Source: Eledone cirrhosa (lineage: Eukaryota). From it: DNA of 64,000 nucleotides. The notes beneath the pieces are model-generated. The model did not search any database. It was not told the DNA's origin and saw only the letters and a list, made by a program, of their open reading frames with translations. The translations under genes and the position numbers were made by a program. Position 1 is the stretch's first letter; every line of letters begins with the position of its first letter. The DNA lies in assembly GCA_964016885.1 (NCBI GenBank), contig CAXHJY010000529.1:1-64000 (forward strand), in the 5' to 3' direction. Of this stretch, positions 1 to 16,248 are shown piece by piece.

Positions 1-3960
<3,960 letters not shown>

Positions 3961-3993
3961 TTTTGAGATATATAAAATCTTTTACCTCCCCAG

Positions 3994-6197
3994 TTTGTCC
4001 TCTCTGGTGGACAGGCGTCCAGTCCTGTATCGTTAGTCCTTTAACGTCAATGAAATTGTGGGGAAACTGACAACGGTTCTTGAGCTTCAAAAAAGATTAT
4101 TTACCTACCATTACTCATCCGTGTGCTAAAGTCTGGTAACAGATGAAAGAATAGGACGCCATATTTTATAGTTTATTCCAAAGAAATATCATTGCTGACA
4201 TATTCCAAAATTTCAAACATTACACCTTTGAAAGTAATAAAGCTTTCAACAACTTTTGCCATTTGTTTTACCAGCAATATAGATTTTCTCGAACTTACAT
4301 TCTTTTTTTTTCTTCTTCGCCGCCATAAGTTGGTGAAATGATTGAAGCTCGCTGTCAGAGATGGACCCAGACTAGAGAACATCGAAGTGTTTCTCTCGCT
4401 AAGTTACATCGAATAAAAAAACTTGAAAGAAAGCAAGAAAAGAACAAATAGGTACTTAATCTTAACATGGTGTGATCCATATGCAGTTAATTTATTAAGA
4501 AGAAAGCAACATCCCCCCCGCCCACGCCGCCCGATGACATGCTTGGTTTAATAGCTGCTACAAGTGGGAACAAAAACAAAACAAAACAAAAAAAACAACA
4601 ATACAACAAAAGGAAGTGTATAACAATGACTTCTGGTTTTAATAAATAGAAGTATACAGTTGAAGGGGCCAACAATGGCCTCGCTCATCCATTCGTTACA
4701 ATCTGTAGGCACCATAATGTCAGCCATAAAAATCACAAATACAAGACAAGAGCTATTCCACAGACATTAATTAATCTGTTTGTCTTTTAACAGAATTTTA
4801 ATAATAATAATAATAATGATAATAATAATAATCAGCTATTAATTTTAATTTTAATTTTTTTTTTTTTATATTCTTAAAACATGTTTACCAAAAAATTTGT
4901 AATTTTTGCCAATTAGCCAAAACTGCTAGAGACAAAGAGGTGAACAATAATTTGTTACTTAACCTCAATACTAACAGATCACGTGATTGACTTTTAGTCC
5001 ACATACTAAAACTGACTTTTTCACAATAGCAGGCTTCAAGAGCAGTCACAAAACCTATATGAAGACTTCCACCGAGATGAGAAAAAAAAGACAAAAAAAA
5101 TATTGGCTAACCATTGTTACCTTTGCATTTAAATAAAGGTTTCCTTGTTCATTATTATTATTATTATTATTTTCCTTTTTTTTTTTCTTCATTCTGTAAG
5201 GAAATCCAAACGATACCGGGTGGTGGTGGTTGGTTGGTTGGTTGGTTGGTGATGTGGGTATGGGGGAGGAGGGGGAAGGTTAGTGGTGGTGGTGGTGTTT
5301 GTAGAGGGGGGTGGGTGGAAAGACAAGGCAAATAAACATTGAAATAGATAGTAAAAACAATTGAGAAGAGATTTTGTGAGTGAACCATCATTCCGGGCGG
5401 AATATTAATTACCTGGCAGAACACTTTAGGGTGTAAATTACGTATATACATACATAGATAGATAGATGCGTATGTATAATATCACAATTGCATACATACA
5501 CACATACATAGGAGTAAAGGTTAGGGGAAGTAGAAATAGAAAAAAAGAAATAGTAGTAGTAGTAGTGGTGGTGGTGGTGATAGAGGTTGAAGAGTTTGTT
5601 GTATGTGTGCTGGTATGAAAGTGCGTATGTTTATATACATCTTTGTTAATTATCGCTAAAAAGGGAGACTTTCTCATTATAAATGGCAGGAGGAGCGAAA
5701 GTGTATTGAAAGGTTTTTTTTGTTTTGTAATTTTTTTTTTTTTTTCTGAAGTTTTAAAGCTGAAGATTGTGTCTTGGAATTTTGTCGGTTTTTTTTTTCC
5801 TTTCTTTTCTTTTATTTTTTCATGGAATACGTTTACTTTTGAAGAACAACGAATGTGTAGGAAAGTTCTCTCACACTTCGTTTAATTAAAATATTACCAA
5901 AACAAGAAACGACAAAATATTTTCACATATCCATGTGCAAAGAAAACAAATTAAGTTTACTTTTGAGCAAAAAGAAATAAAGTGGAGAAAGAGAGACTGT
6001 AAGTGTATATGTAAAGTGTGTGTATATGTGTGTGTGTGTGTAAGACACGTGTTCAGCTGTGTTTTAGGCAAAAAAAATGTAGGTTAGAAATCAAAAGAAA
6101 ATGCAACAGGATGTATAGATTGAAAAAAAAAAAAAAAGATTAAGAGGATTATGAATCTAATGTGTCATGTTTATGTATGTATGCTTGTGTTTATATA

Positions 6198-6235
<38 letters not shown>

Positions 6236-7620
6236 GCAGGAAAATGAAGTGAATGAGATTGTTCTTATATAAAAATATACAAAATGGTCTGCAATTAATC
6301 CTATATATAAGTTTAGTTTCTCTTAAAAGCAGAATTTAAAGATTAGATTTTTTTTCGTTTGTATTTCCATTATTTATTTAGAATAAGACACCTATTTCAT
6401 TGTGGAATTTTCTTATATTTTTCAAGTGTAGTAATAGTAGTAGTAGTTGTAGTAATAGTATTAGTAGTAATTATAGCATTACTCGCATATTTAATATGCA
6501 ATATCCTTATCGCGTTGACAGGAATACAGCTCTTTGAGTGGTGAGTTATATTCATGGAGATACCAGATAATTTGGAAGATGTCAATTGAAGAAGAAGGAA
6601 AAAAAGACAGAAAGAAAAAATAGGAAATAAAACAGCTTCTACTTAAATGTGTATTTAGGACGCCTGCACCCGGGTCTCACAAAAGTAGAAGTGTCATTGT
6701 TCTTAAACATCGGACTCCAACCAAGATAAGTCTATTATCGAATGAATGAATAACAAAATCAATGACAAAATAAAAATAAAAAAAACAAATGTTAAATTTA
6801 GCTTGATGATGATGGTGATGAGGATGATGGAGGTGATGGAGAAGATGATAATGAAGAATTTCGATAATAATTCAAAATTTGGGATCGAAAAAAAGAAATG
6901 ATAAAAGCAAATGTTATGTAATGTAGGTAATCAGATAAATTATTTATAATTTTTTTTGAAAAGTTTTATGTTTTTTTGGTGTGAAACATGATTTTTGGAA
7001 ACAGTTTCTTCCAATTCAAAAACAGAATTTTCTGTAACGATATTATTTTGTTTGTTGTTTTTCAGTCTTTAAATGTTTTTATATTGACTTTAATAGTCTT
7101 TTTCTTTTTCTTTTTACCTCAAGCTGCTTTCCATGAAATTTTCTGAAGCTGGTGCTCTAGGATATCAATTTTACCACAGTCTGTTGTTAGGTGAAATAGC
7201 AATTGGAAATGTTTGTTTGTTTGATTTTTTTTTTTGTTTTTAAATAATGATGAAAAAAAAAAAATATAATAAAATTTGAAAAACTCACAGATAACTGATT
7301 TTAAAAAAAACTGTCTTTAAAACAAGTAGGAACAATGAATGAAAGTTCTAGTAGCTTTTTTTTTAAAAAAAAAAGACCCCAAAAAACAAAAAAACAATGC
7401 TTCTAATAAACAAAATGGTGTCCCTCTAGAGCCGATGGCCAGCTGTTGTGTATTATCACAGCATGGTATAAAGGGAAAGTGGAGATAACAGACCAGATGA
7501 TTTGACAAAAACATTTGTTTTAAAAAAGACAGTAAACTAAAAAATATTGGAGGTGGGGCAAGGGTAAAAGCAATTCAAACAGAGATCACAACTTATAATT
7601 ATCCAGCCCTGCTCTATTCC
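3994..7620 (+). other. Possible terminal exon plus long 3' UTR of an unidentified plus-strand gene
   Basis: Acceptor-like tttacctccccAG ending at 3993; all three frames stop within about 80 nt; followed by about 3.6 kb of AU-rich sequence with no recognisable SINE. No homology recognised. Confidence 0.25.
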
Positions 7621-7899
7621 ACCGTCTCTCCCTTTATTATTATTATTATTATTATTATTATTTTTGATAAAATTGAGAGTCAATGAGAATATTGTGGGGC
7701 GGGTAAAAATGTTTATCTTGTATTTGATTTGTGTGTGTGAGTATGTGTGAGTGAGTATATGTAAGTGTGAGTATATTGCTCCAATAAATAGATGAACCTG
7801 GTAAAATTTGTAAATTTGTTTTATAACATAATTCTGAGTTCAATTTGTAAATATTATTATTATTATTATCATTATCATCATCACTAATATTGATTTTTA

Positions 7900-8070
7900 A
7901 TTTAGGCACAAGGCCAGCAAATTTTTGGAATAAGGGCAAAGTTGATTAAAGCAACCCTAGTACTTAACTGGTTCTATATTTTATCGACAGGAATTGAAAT
8001 CAGAATGTAAAATAACCAGAACAAATACCACAGAGGCATTTTATCAAACATTTTAACAATTCTGTCAACC
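7900..8070 (-). mobile_element. tRNA-derived SINE, family S1 (degenerate)
   Basis: ggcacaaggccagcaa...actggttctatattttatcgac matches the reverse complement of the other S1 copies. Confidence 0.8.
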
Positions 8071-8504
8071 CACCAGTCTGATATTATTATTATTAAACAT
8101 TACCATTAGTATTTATCATTACTGCTATTATAATCTACATTAATTAGTATTATCGCACTTAAGTAATTTATAGGATATTGATTACAAACTCCTGAAAGTA
8201 ACATATGTACTTTGTTGGGATTTTAGTTGAATACATTTTAATTAAACGTCAGAACAGCATTAATTCGTTTAATATTTTATAATATTATTATTATTATTGT
8301 TCAGAAGCCATCAATCTCCTATTATTTAAGTATCCTATTATGTGTAGTTGAGAAGGATTAGAACTTTGCACAAATCAGAACAAATCATTTCTGTCTGTGA
8401 TTATCGACTTCATTTCTGTATTAAATTTAAACGCAGCATACTTAAATATGTTATAGTTAAATCTAAGAGATATAGAACCTGATATTTCGACAAATATTGA
8501 TTTT

Positions 8505-8690
8505 TAATTTAGGCACAAGGCCAGCCATTTTTTTTTTCTTTCATAGTGGGGCGGAAGGGCGAAGCTGATTAAATAAACCCCACTACTTTATTTTATTTTA
8601 TTATGACCTTGGTGTGATTTGAACTCAGAATGTAAAGAGCTAGAATAGATACTGCAATGGCATTTTATCTGACGCCCTATAAATTCTGCC
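8505..8690 (-). mobile_element. SINE S1 (degenerate)
   Basis: ggcacaaggccagc...gatttgaactcagaa (B-box complement). Confidence 0.75.
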
Positions 8691-8993
8691 ATGCAATTGT
8701 AGTTCTTTTGAATCAGACTGCATTGTACAGTCTAGATCAATAGGATTGCACACCGGTTAGTCAGCAAATTACAAAAGATGCAAGTCTCTCTCTTATAAAG
8801 GACAATTGTATTATTATCTTCCTTATAAGACAACAGTAACAATGCTGGAGTTAACTTAAAGATTGCATCTAAAGCATCTTCATTGCATTTCGGGGTTTAT
8901 TACACCCGTCCATCTGAATTTAGAGGAATCCTAAGCAATTTCTCGAGTGTTCCGGAGATGTTTTGACAGAGTATGTACAAGTTTATATCTGAA

Positions 8994-9037
<44 letters not shown>

Positions 9038-9739
9038 CATACATACATACATATTATATCATCATCAATATCGACCATTTTTTCATACTGGCAGAGATCC
9101 AATGAGAATTTTCTGTTAGTCAGAATATTAAAACCAGATATGCTTCGTGCTATCAACCCTCACTTGTTCATAAGATATGGATCTACACATGTCTACAAAG
9201 ATGTAGGCCTTCTTTTGTGTGGAACATAAACAAATATAGCTGACTGCGATGTCAAATCAGTAAAGGGACAAACAAAATCACAGGCACAAATATATAAATA
9301 CACACATATACATGCATTTACAATGAATTTCATTATATGTGTGTGTGTGTATGTATATATATATATATATTATATATGTACATCTATCTATGTATATATA
9401 TTTGTATGTGTGTGTGTTTGTATTGATTCCCCTCTTTAAACCCCACCCTAACTACTCTCTGTCCACATGACTGGGGGAGAGCTGACCACACACAAAGTTG
9501 GGCATCTTAGATCTACATAGACCCATCTAATGAACCAAACCCCTACACCTTGCCCAACCCTACCCCATCATTAGTCGGAACTCACTTTTCCTCTCTTAAA
9601 GGAGCCCAAACATTTGCTCCAGCCCTCAAACTCCTTCCTTCCTCCTAGGTAAGCAATATACAGCTGCCACACCTCTCCCACTGCCTCTCTCTCTGTCCGA
9701 CTGAAGCAGAAGATATAATTTACATAGTGCCAGTTTCCA

Positions 9740-9900
9740 TGATACAATGCACCCAGTACACTCTGTACAATGGTTGGCATTAAGGAAGAATCCCCCCAGC
9801 AATAGAAATCGAGCCAAAATGAAACATGTGAGTGAGACATGGTCAATGATCAGAATTTGACAACCTGTCCAACCCATGCCAGCATGGAAAATGATGATGA
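9740..9900 (+). mobile_element. SINE S3 / RTE-type 3' tail repeat
   Basis: tggttggcattaaggaagaatcc...cccatgccagcatggaaaatgatgatga; related copies at 24720, 24911 and 61500. Confidence 0.65.
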
Positions 9901-9919
9901 CATGTATGTATGTGTGTGG

Positions 9920-9970
<51 letters not shown>

Positions 9971-11090
9971 ATTGCGTGTATGTGTACTTATATGTAAATA
10001 TATAAATACAGCAATTATATTACAGATGGATATATAGATATAATGATGTACAGATACTATTAATAATAATGATAATAATAATGATGATGATGATGATTAT
10101 ATATATATACACACATATATTTATATACGTATATATATACTTACATACATATATACACACATATTTATATACGTATATATATACTTACATACATATATTG
10201 ATATATTCATACATATTTATATACAAATATATATGATATATATATATATAAATGTGCGTGTATGTGTGTATTTGTATATTAATAGATGTACATAGTTATG
10301 CATGTATCTGTATCTGTTGTCGTGTTAAACTGTGCGAATGTGTATTATTAAATGATAATGTGTTTCACTTCGCTCCAACTTTATAGTTTGTCTTTTTTTT
10401 TTATATATTGAGCAGCTACAGAAAGTTATTTCGTTCATCTCCTTGTTATATTAAAGGTAGTCGCAATAGCTGAGTGGATAATAAGCTTGCGCTCGGCTGA
10501 AGAGTCGTAATTCTTTTCATTTTTTCTTTTTGTTTTTTTTTTTCTTTCTAAACTTGCCACTTGGCGCCATAGTGGAAACTTTTGGCTGGGCATGAACATC
10601 TTTGAGGGGACCCCACTGACCTGATAATATTAACAGGTAAGTACAGAGACAGTGAGCAACTCAGTTGTGGGGCGGGGTGCCAAATTAAATGGAAACAGAC
10701 AAGAAGTTTTGATGGTCTACTTTGCCGAGATCAAATCCCACCCTATAATACATGAGAAGGGAATTAATAAAAAGAAAACATTAAATAGCATCTATGCTGT
10801 TTCTACATACATTGTTTACCGAAATCACTCTTAAATAAATCCAGATCTTACATTGATATATATATACATGCATACATCTACGTAAATAGTCGTATGTATA
10901 TAAATGCTTTAGAAAAACATATAGAGAGTGTATCACGTGTCCAGTGAGATAAACCTTCCTTTACCCGCCTTTACAGCATCACATTGCATGACTCCACCCT
11001 ATTCTCTTCTTTTCTCGTTTCTATTTGGCTCCCATCACATGTGAAGACTATGCAACTTTTATTTCTAAGCTAAATGTTAACACGCTTTGG

Positions 11091-11985
11091 TCATCGATCG
11101 ATCACGACTGAAGGTTCTGATTGAACTTGACTTTTTTCGTCATAATTCAAAGATTCTGTGTAAGTCTGTGAGGAATCTTTCATAGATGTTCGTGTATTCT
11201 TGCTTCGCTCCTTGATAACATCGCTTTGGTCGATGCAGAGAGCTTTGTAACAATCTTCAGGTGGTGCACCGACTTCAATGGTGAAATGTTGGTTGTGGTG
11301 CAATGTGGTCGAAGCTGTGTCAGTCTTGGAACTGGAGAAGACTGTGTCAAAAGCAACATGGTTTGAGGTACGAGCAGTATATTTCTTGTTAAAGGATAAA
11401 GTCCGAATGGAAGAAGATTCAGTTGAACTAGTATTGAAATTGGCCTTTTCACTGTTATCACATATAGGGATCACAGACTGAGCTGTGATGTTAGATTGCT
11501 TTGACAACTCTTGATACGTGCTACTAGTTTTACCATTCAATATTAACACATCATCATCAGAGAGAGATACTGGACTAGGAGGCATATTACTGTCAAAACT
11601 GTCATTTGATCCAGCCTGGTATTTGGCTGTTACTTTCGTCATGTCTGATACTGCTTGTAGATTGTTATTATCATTGTTGATGTTTATATTACTACTACAG
11701 CTGGTCTTTGTATCAGAATGTGACGGTGTAGGAAAGAGGTTCAAGATATTTTTCTTTGTTTTTTTAATAGCGCTTAAAACAGCTGGATATTCCCGCAAAT
11801 ATATCAATTCTACATCATGGTTCTCATTTTCTGTTTTTGATATGGTAACTCCAAGACAAACTGAGCTGACCGTTTCTTTGAGAAATTCTTCTGATTTCAT
11901 AGTAAATATCAAGGTGGGACATGTCTCTTTCAGTTCCTCACATGTCATACCAGTGCTCGTGGCTACATCTTGTAAAATGATGCAC
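11091..11985 (-). CDS. BCOR: BCOR/BCORL1-like gene, terminal coding exon (divergent PUFD C-terminal part plus long Ser/Thr-rich tail)
   Basis: Acceptor ctctatttcAG (11986-11987); phase 2 matches exon 13011-13158 (AA|G = Lys); open to TGA at 11091; CIILQDV...FTMKSEEF...VELIYL aligns loosely with PUFD (NWLLLSDV...VTIAEAEF...LDLVEF). Confidence 0.8.
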
Positions 11986-12419
11986 CTGAAATAGAGATAT
12001 AGAAATTCATTTAAAAATAATAAAATAAAGATAGTGGGGAAAATACTTACATGTAAAATTACATACATTGATAATGTTTCAAATTCTATTAGTTTGGATT
12101 TAATTCCTTTGATACCCATTTGAAACAATCCTGGTTTAATGATACACAACTGCTCAGTTTAATATTTTTATAGTTACATTAAGAACCTTCTATCATAATT
12201 TTATTTAAGAAATATTTATTAAATAATGTTTTTTAAGTAAATCTTTGAAACATCAGCATACTAATAAAAAAATTATCTCATTAAATTCTTCAAATTTTCA
12301 GCATTAATTGATATATGTAGGCAATATATTTCATTAGAAATATAGTATGTATGTACATACGGTCCTGTAACTCCTGATAATGTCGTACGGGAGCTGTATT
12401 GATATATGGCATTTCTTGG

Positions 12420-12609
12420 GCATTTAAACCAACCATATCCGGCCAGAATTCTCTCACTTCTTTCTGTTCAAACCGGCTGTAACTGGTCACTCATACTGAT
12501 GTTAAGGTATTGTTCTCAAAATAAATAACATCAAAATCTCATAGATTTGATATTATGTGAAATAAAGCCTTTACTGGAGAAAATACAATAGTAAATGCTA
12601 AAGGGTTAA
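12420..12609 (+). mobile_element. piggyBac-like MITE, copy 1 (left end truncated), inserted in an RTE-like 3' fragment
   Basis: Ends taaatgctaaaggg|TTAA; body shared with 29441-29662 and 40198-40639; flanks (12383-12425 and 12606-12638) match the uninterrupted repeat at 28540-28646. Confidence 0.75.
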
Positions 12610-12711
12610 ACCTGGTGAAGCCCATCCCTCTCCAGGTCTGAGTATACCAGATTTCTTTCAGAGAAAGATAGAGTGACAGGATGGAAGTGAGAGAGAGATA
12701 TAGAGGAAGAA

Positions 12712-12815
12712 TTGACCCCAGTACTAGACTGGTACTTTATTTTATCTACCTTGAAAAGATGAAAGGCAAGGTTGACCTCGGCAGGATTTGAAGTCAGAGA
12801 TCCAAAAGCTGGAGC
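12712..12815 (-). mobile_element. SINE S1 partial
   Basis: gaccccagtactagactggtactttatttt...gatgaaaggcaaggttgacctcggcaggatttgaa. Confidence 0.8.
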
Positions 12816-13010
12816 AATTATTGCATCTGAGAGATGAGATCTGCCAGGTTTTGAAATGACCTAGAAAGGTCATACTGACATATGGCATCGTTACAGGACC
12901 ATACAATACCACACTATACCAAAAGGGTCTTAGACACATTACTCTCATAACCATGTAAAATATATCAATCTACGTGAGTGTTTATATATTTACATAAACA
13001 GTGTACTCAC

Positions 13011-13158
13011 TTCTCATCTGGTTTTGATCTCAGTGTTATGGTCTTCAGTGGAAAGTCATCAAATTTGAAGATTTCTTCATCAGTTATATCTTGGGGGTTT
13101 GGATCAGATGGAACGTCAGCAAAGATAGGATTACCACTATTAACTTCTCGGTCAAAAG
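13011..13158 (-). CDS. BCOR: BCOR-like internal exon (linker and PUFD start): AFDREVNSGNPIFADVPSDPNPQDITDEEIFKFDDFPLKTITLRSKPDEK
   Basis: Acceptor tttttcttcAG (13159-13160), donor GTgagt (13009-13010); 148 nt, phase 1 to 2; resembles BCOR ESGYDVLANPP...FEFEFSETPLLPCYNI. Confidence 0.85.
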
Positions 13159-13254
13159 CTGAAGAAAAAGAAAATAACAATAATAATAACAACAATAATT
13201 GCCTCCTGCTTATGAATGACTTAATGTTTTTTTTTTTTACAAAGAATAACACGA

Positions 13255-13530
13255 AATTAGAAAACCTAAAATCTATCTATAGCTTCAACAAAGACAAAGA
13301 TAAGAATGGGATTAGATAAATGTTCCAAAGCTGCTTTAAGCAAAGACAAATTAAGAAGCACTGAAAATTTTACACAAGACATAGACACGGAAACTAGAGA
13401 ATTAGATTTAAATCACCCATACAAATCCCTGGGATTAGACGAAATGGAACAATGAAAATAAATGTTTAGAAAAGAATACTAGAGAAAGAGTTAAATTAAT
13501 ATCAAAACTGAATTCAATGCCAGAAATCCC
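13255..13530 (+). mobile_element. Decayed non-LTR retrotransposon reverse-transcriptase fragment, R4/Dong-like
   Basis: Translates as MGLDKCSKA...DKL...RELD...PYKSLGLDE...RKEY...KTEFNA with stops, matching the FGLDKC / YKYLGI / ILKTELNA pattern of R4-clade RT. Confidence 0.7.
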
Positions 13531-13774
13531 AGTAAAAATAGCTTCAGATAGATAAGAACCAGGCTTTTGTTAAGATATTTCACATCTTAAAGTATTTACA
13601 CACACACACACACACACATCTGGTTGTATATATACATCATCATTTTACGCCCCCTTTTCCCTGCTTGCAAGGGTGGGACATATATACATGTAAACACACA
13701 TAAACGCAATTATACATACATGTTAGATACACATATTTGTAATTTCTTTACAATATATACACACACACACACGT

Positions 13775-14040
13775 TGCCACCCCGTCGGTTACGACGAGTG
13801 TTCCAGTTGATACGGTCAATGGAATAGCCTGTTTGTGAAATTAAGGTGCAAGTGACTGAGCATTCCTCAGACATGCGTACTCAGGGAGATACAGCGTGAC
13901 ACAGAATTTAACAAAGCTGAGTGGAGTCGAGCAACGTGAAATAAAGTGTTTTGTTCAAGGACAACGTAGCACTGCTTCTGGGAATCGAACTCATCACCTT
14001 ACAATCAAGAGTCGAACAACTTAACCACTAAGCCACCTAC
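13775..14040 (-). mobile_element. CORE-type tRNA SINE (S2) with an additional 3' segment
   Basis: gagcaacgtgaaataaagtgttttgttcaagg...gggaatcgaactc...cttaaccactaagcc is the reverse complement of tRNA head plus CORE-like body. Confidence 0.8.
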
Positions 14041-14132
14041 ATTCATTAATATCACTGATGTACACCTATCAACTAGAGTTTTTGTCCAGTTAAGATTTCT
14101 TAGTCTTAAACAGGAAGGAGTGTGCATGTGTG

Positions 14133-14169
<37 letters not shown>

Positions 14170-14384
14170 TTTTTATGTGTGTGTATATATATATATATGT
14201 GTGTGTTGTGTGTGTGTGTATTGTGTGTGTAGAGAGAAACTTAGAAACGAGCTTAACCCGTTTTTCAACATTTGACATTTTAACGTGAACAATAGACTTA
14301 AATTTTCAATGAAGATATCTTCTATCTTGGAATTATTCTGGTTTTCTAGAGAGTTCCATTTGTAGAAAAACTGACGATCACAGC

Positions 14385-14690
14385 CCCACACACACATAGT
14401 CACACACAGCCACACGCACACATAGTCACACACACAGTCACAGAGCCACACACAGTCACACAATCACACACACCCAGCCACACAATCACACCCAGCCACA
14501 CAACCACACAATCACACAGCCACACAGTCACACAATCACACACACAGTCACACAATCACACACACAACCACACACACCCAGCCACACAATCACACAGCCA
14601 CACAGTCACACAATCACACAGTCACACACACAGCCACACAGTCACACAATCACACAGTCACACACACAGCCACACAGTCACACACACAGT
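14385..14690. repeat. CA-rich minisatellite (cacacagtca / cacagcca units)
   Basis: Direct reading. Confidence 0.9.
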
Positions 14691-14759
14691 ACAATACTTC
14701 AAAATATCTACAACACAGGAAGGCTACGACAGAAGTAAACTGTCAGCCAATAAACAATG

Positions 14760-15180
14760 GTTTCTACTTTAGGCACAAGGCCAGTAATTTGGAGGGAGGA
14801 GAAAGTCGATTAAATCAATCTCAGTGTATTACTGGTACTTTATTTTATCAACCCTGTAAGGATGAAAGGCAAAGTTAACCTCGGCGGGATTTGAACTCAG
14901 ACCGTAAAGGACCGTAACTCTATGCTACAAAGCATGTTGTCCGATGCTCTACCGATTACTGCCAATCCATTGCCCGACAACAAATAAAATAATTGTTTCT
15001 ATTTTTGGAACAAGGCCAGCAATTAGCCCAGTGCATTACTGGTACTCTATTCTATCGACACCCGTAAGGATGAAAGGCAAAGTTAACCTCAGCAGGATTT
15101 GAACTCAGGCCGTAAAGGGCCGTAACTCTATGCCACAAAGCATATTGTCCGACACTATACCGATTACTGGCAATCCAATA
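14760..15180 (-). mobile_element. Two tandem SINE S1 copies (14760-14975, 14993-15180)
   Basis: Each reads tttctacttt..ggcacaaggccag..actggtactt..ggatgaaaggcaaagttaacctc..gatttgaactcag..gccaat. Confidence 0.9.
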
Positions 15181-15359
15181 ATAATAATAATAATAATAAG
15201 TCCTTATCTATTGCATTTTAACTGAGAACAATGTCGACTTCCTTTTGTAGAAAAAAAAAAGAAAAAACTATCAATATTTTACCAACCGAGAGAAAAAGAA
15301 AGATAACAGATATTATTGCAGAAAAAAAAAAAAAAAGCTTTTCGAAACGTGAAAAGATA

Positions 15360-15500
15360 TCACGGAAACTCTGCTGGGTAATAGTGACGTCAGAGAATAG
15401 TACGAACATCCGGTTTACTTGCTGTTCAGCACTAATTTAGAAGCTCAACAGTTACTTTAGAAATAGTAAGAGAAAGTAAGGCTATACGGAAGTAAATGCA
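15360..15500. promoter_or_regulatory. Candidate cis-regulatory cluster (CRE palindrome plus ETS-like cores)
   Basis: TGACGTCA at 15385-15392; catccgg and cggaagt nearby in unique sequence; motif evidence only. Confidence 0.25.
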
Positions 15501-15619
15501 ATTTTTTCAGACAAAGTGTTAGTGTTGTATTCCGAGTACATCTGTTATTGGTCTTGTCTTGTTTTCTCTTTGTCATGAAGTTGAATTAATTGTCAAAGGT
15601 CCTTCAGCCCTACCACTTT

Positions 15620-15890
<271 letters not shown>

Positions 15891-15989
15891 TATGAAGCTT
15901 TTATTAGAAACACAGATACTAGTTTGATTGTACTGTCTGTCTGTGTGTACCTCTGTGTGTGCCTGTTCCTCAGAGTGTGTGCCAGTGCC

Positions 15990-16034
<45 letters not shown>

Positions 16035-16057
16035 ATAGTATTAAAATTAACCCACCT

Positions 16058-16248
16058 TGGGCGGTGAATTGGCAGTATCGGTAGAGGGTCAGATGCCATG
16101 CTTTGCAGCATAGAGTTACGGCCCTTTACAGTCTGAGTTCAAATCCTGCCGAGGTTAACTTTGCCTTTCATCCTTACGGGTCGATAAAATAAAGTACCAG
16201 TAATACACTGGGGTAATTGCTGGCCTTGTGCCAAAAGTAGAAACAATT
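16058..16248 (+). mobile_element. SINE S1, near full length
   Basis: A-box-like tggcagtatcggtaga, B-box gagttcaaatcc, body gcctttcatccttacgggtcgataaaataaagtaccag, tail gctggccttgtgccaaaagtagaaac. Confidence 0.92.

Noticed and set aside
11986-12149. N-terminal part of the 352-aa ORF (and of the ORFs 13007-13252 and 25259-25621)
   Set aside because: Intronic read-through upstream of the splice acceptors; only the exonic parts are called
16058-16150. tRNA genes at A/B-box motifs
   Set aside because: These are SINE heads continuing into repeated bodies, without a complete cloverleaf
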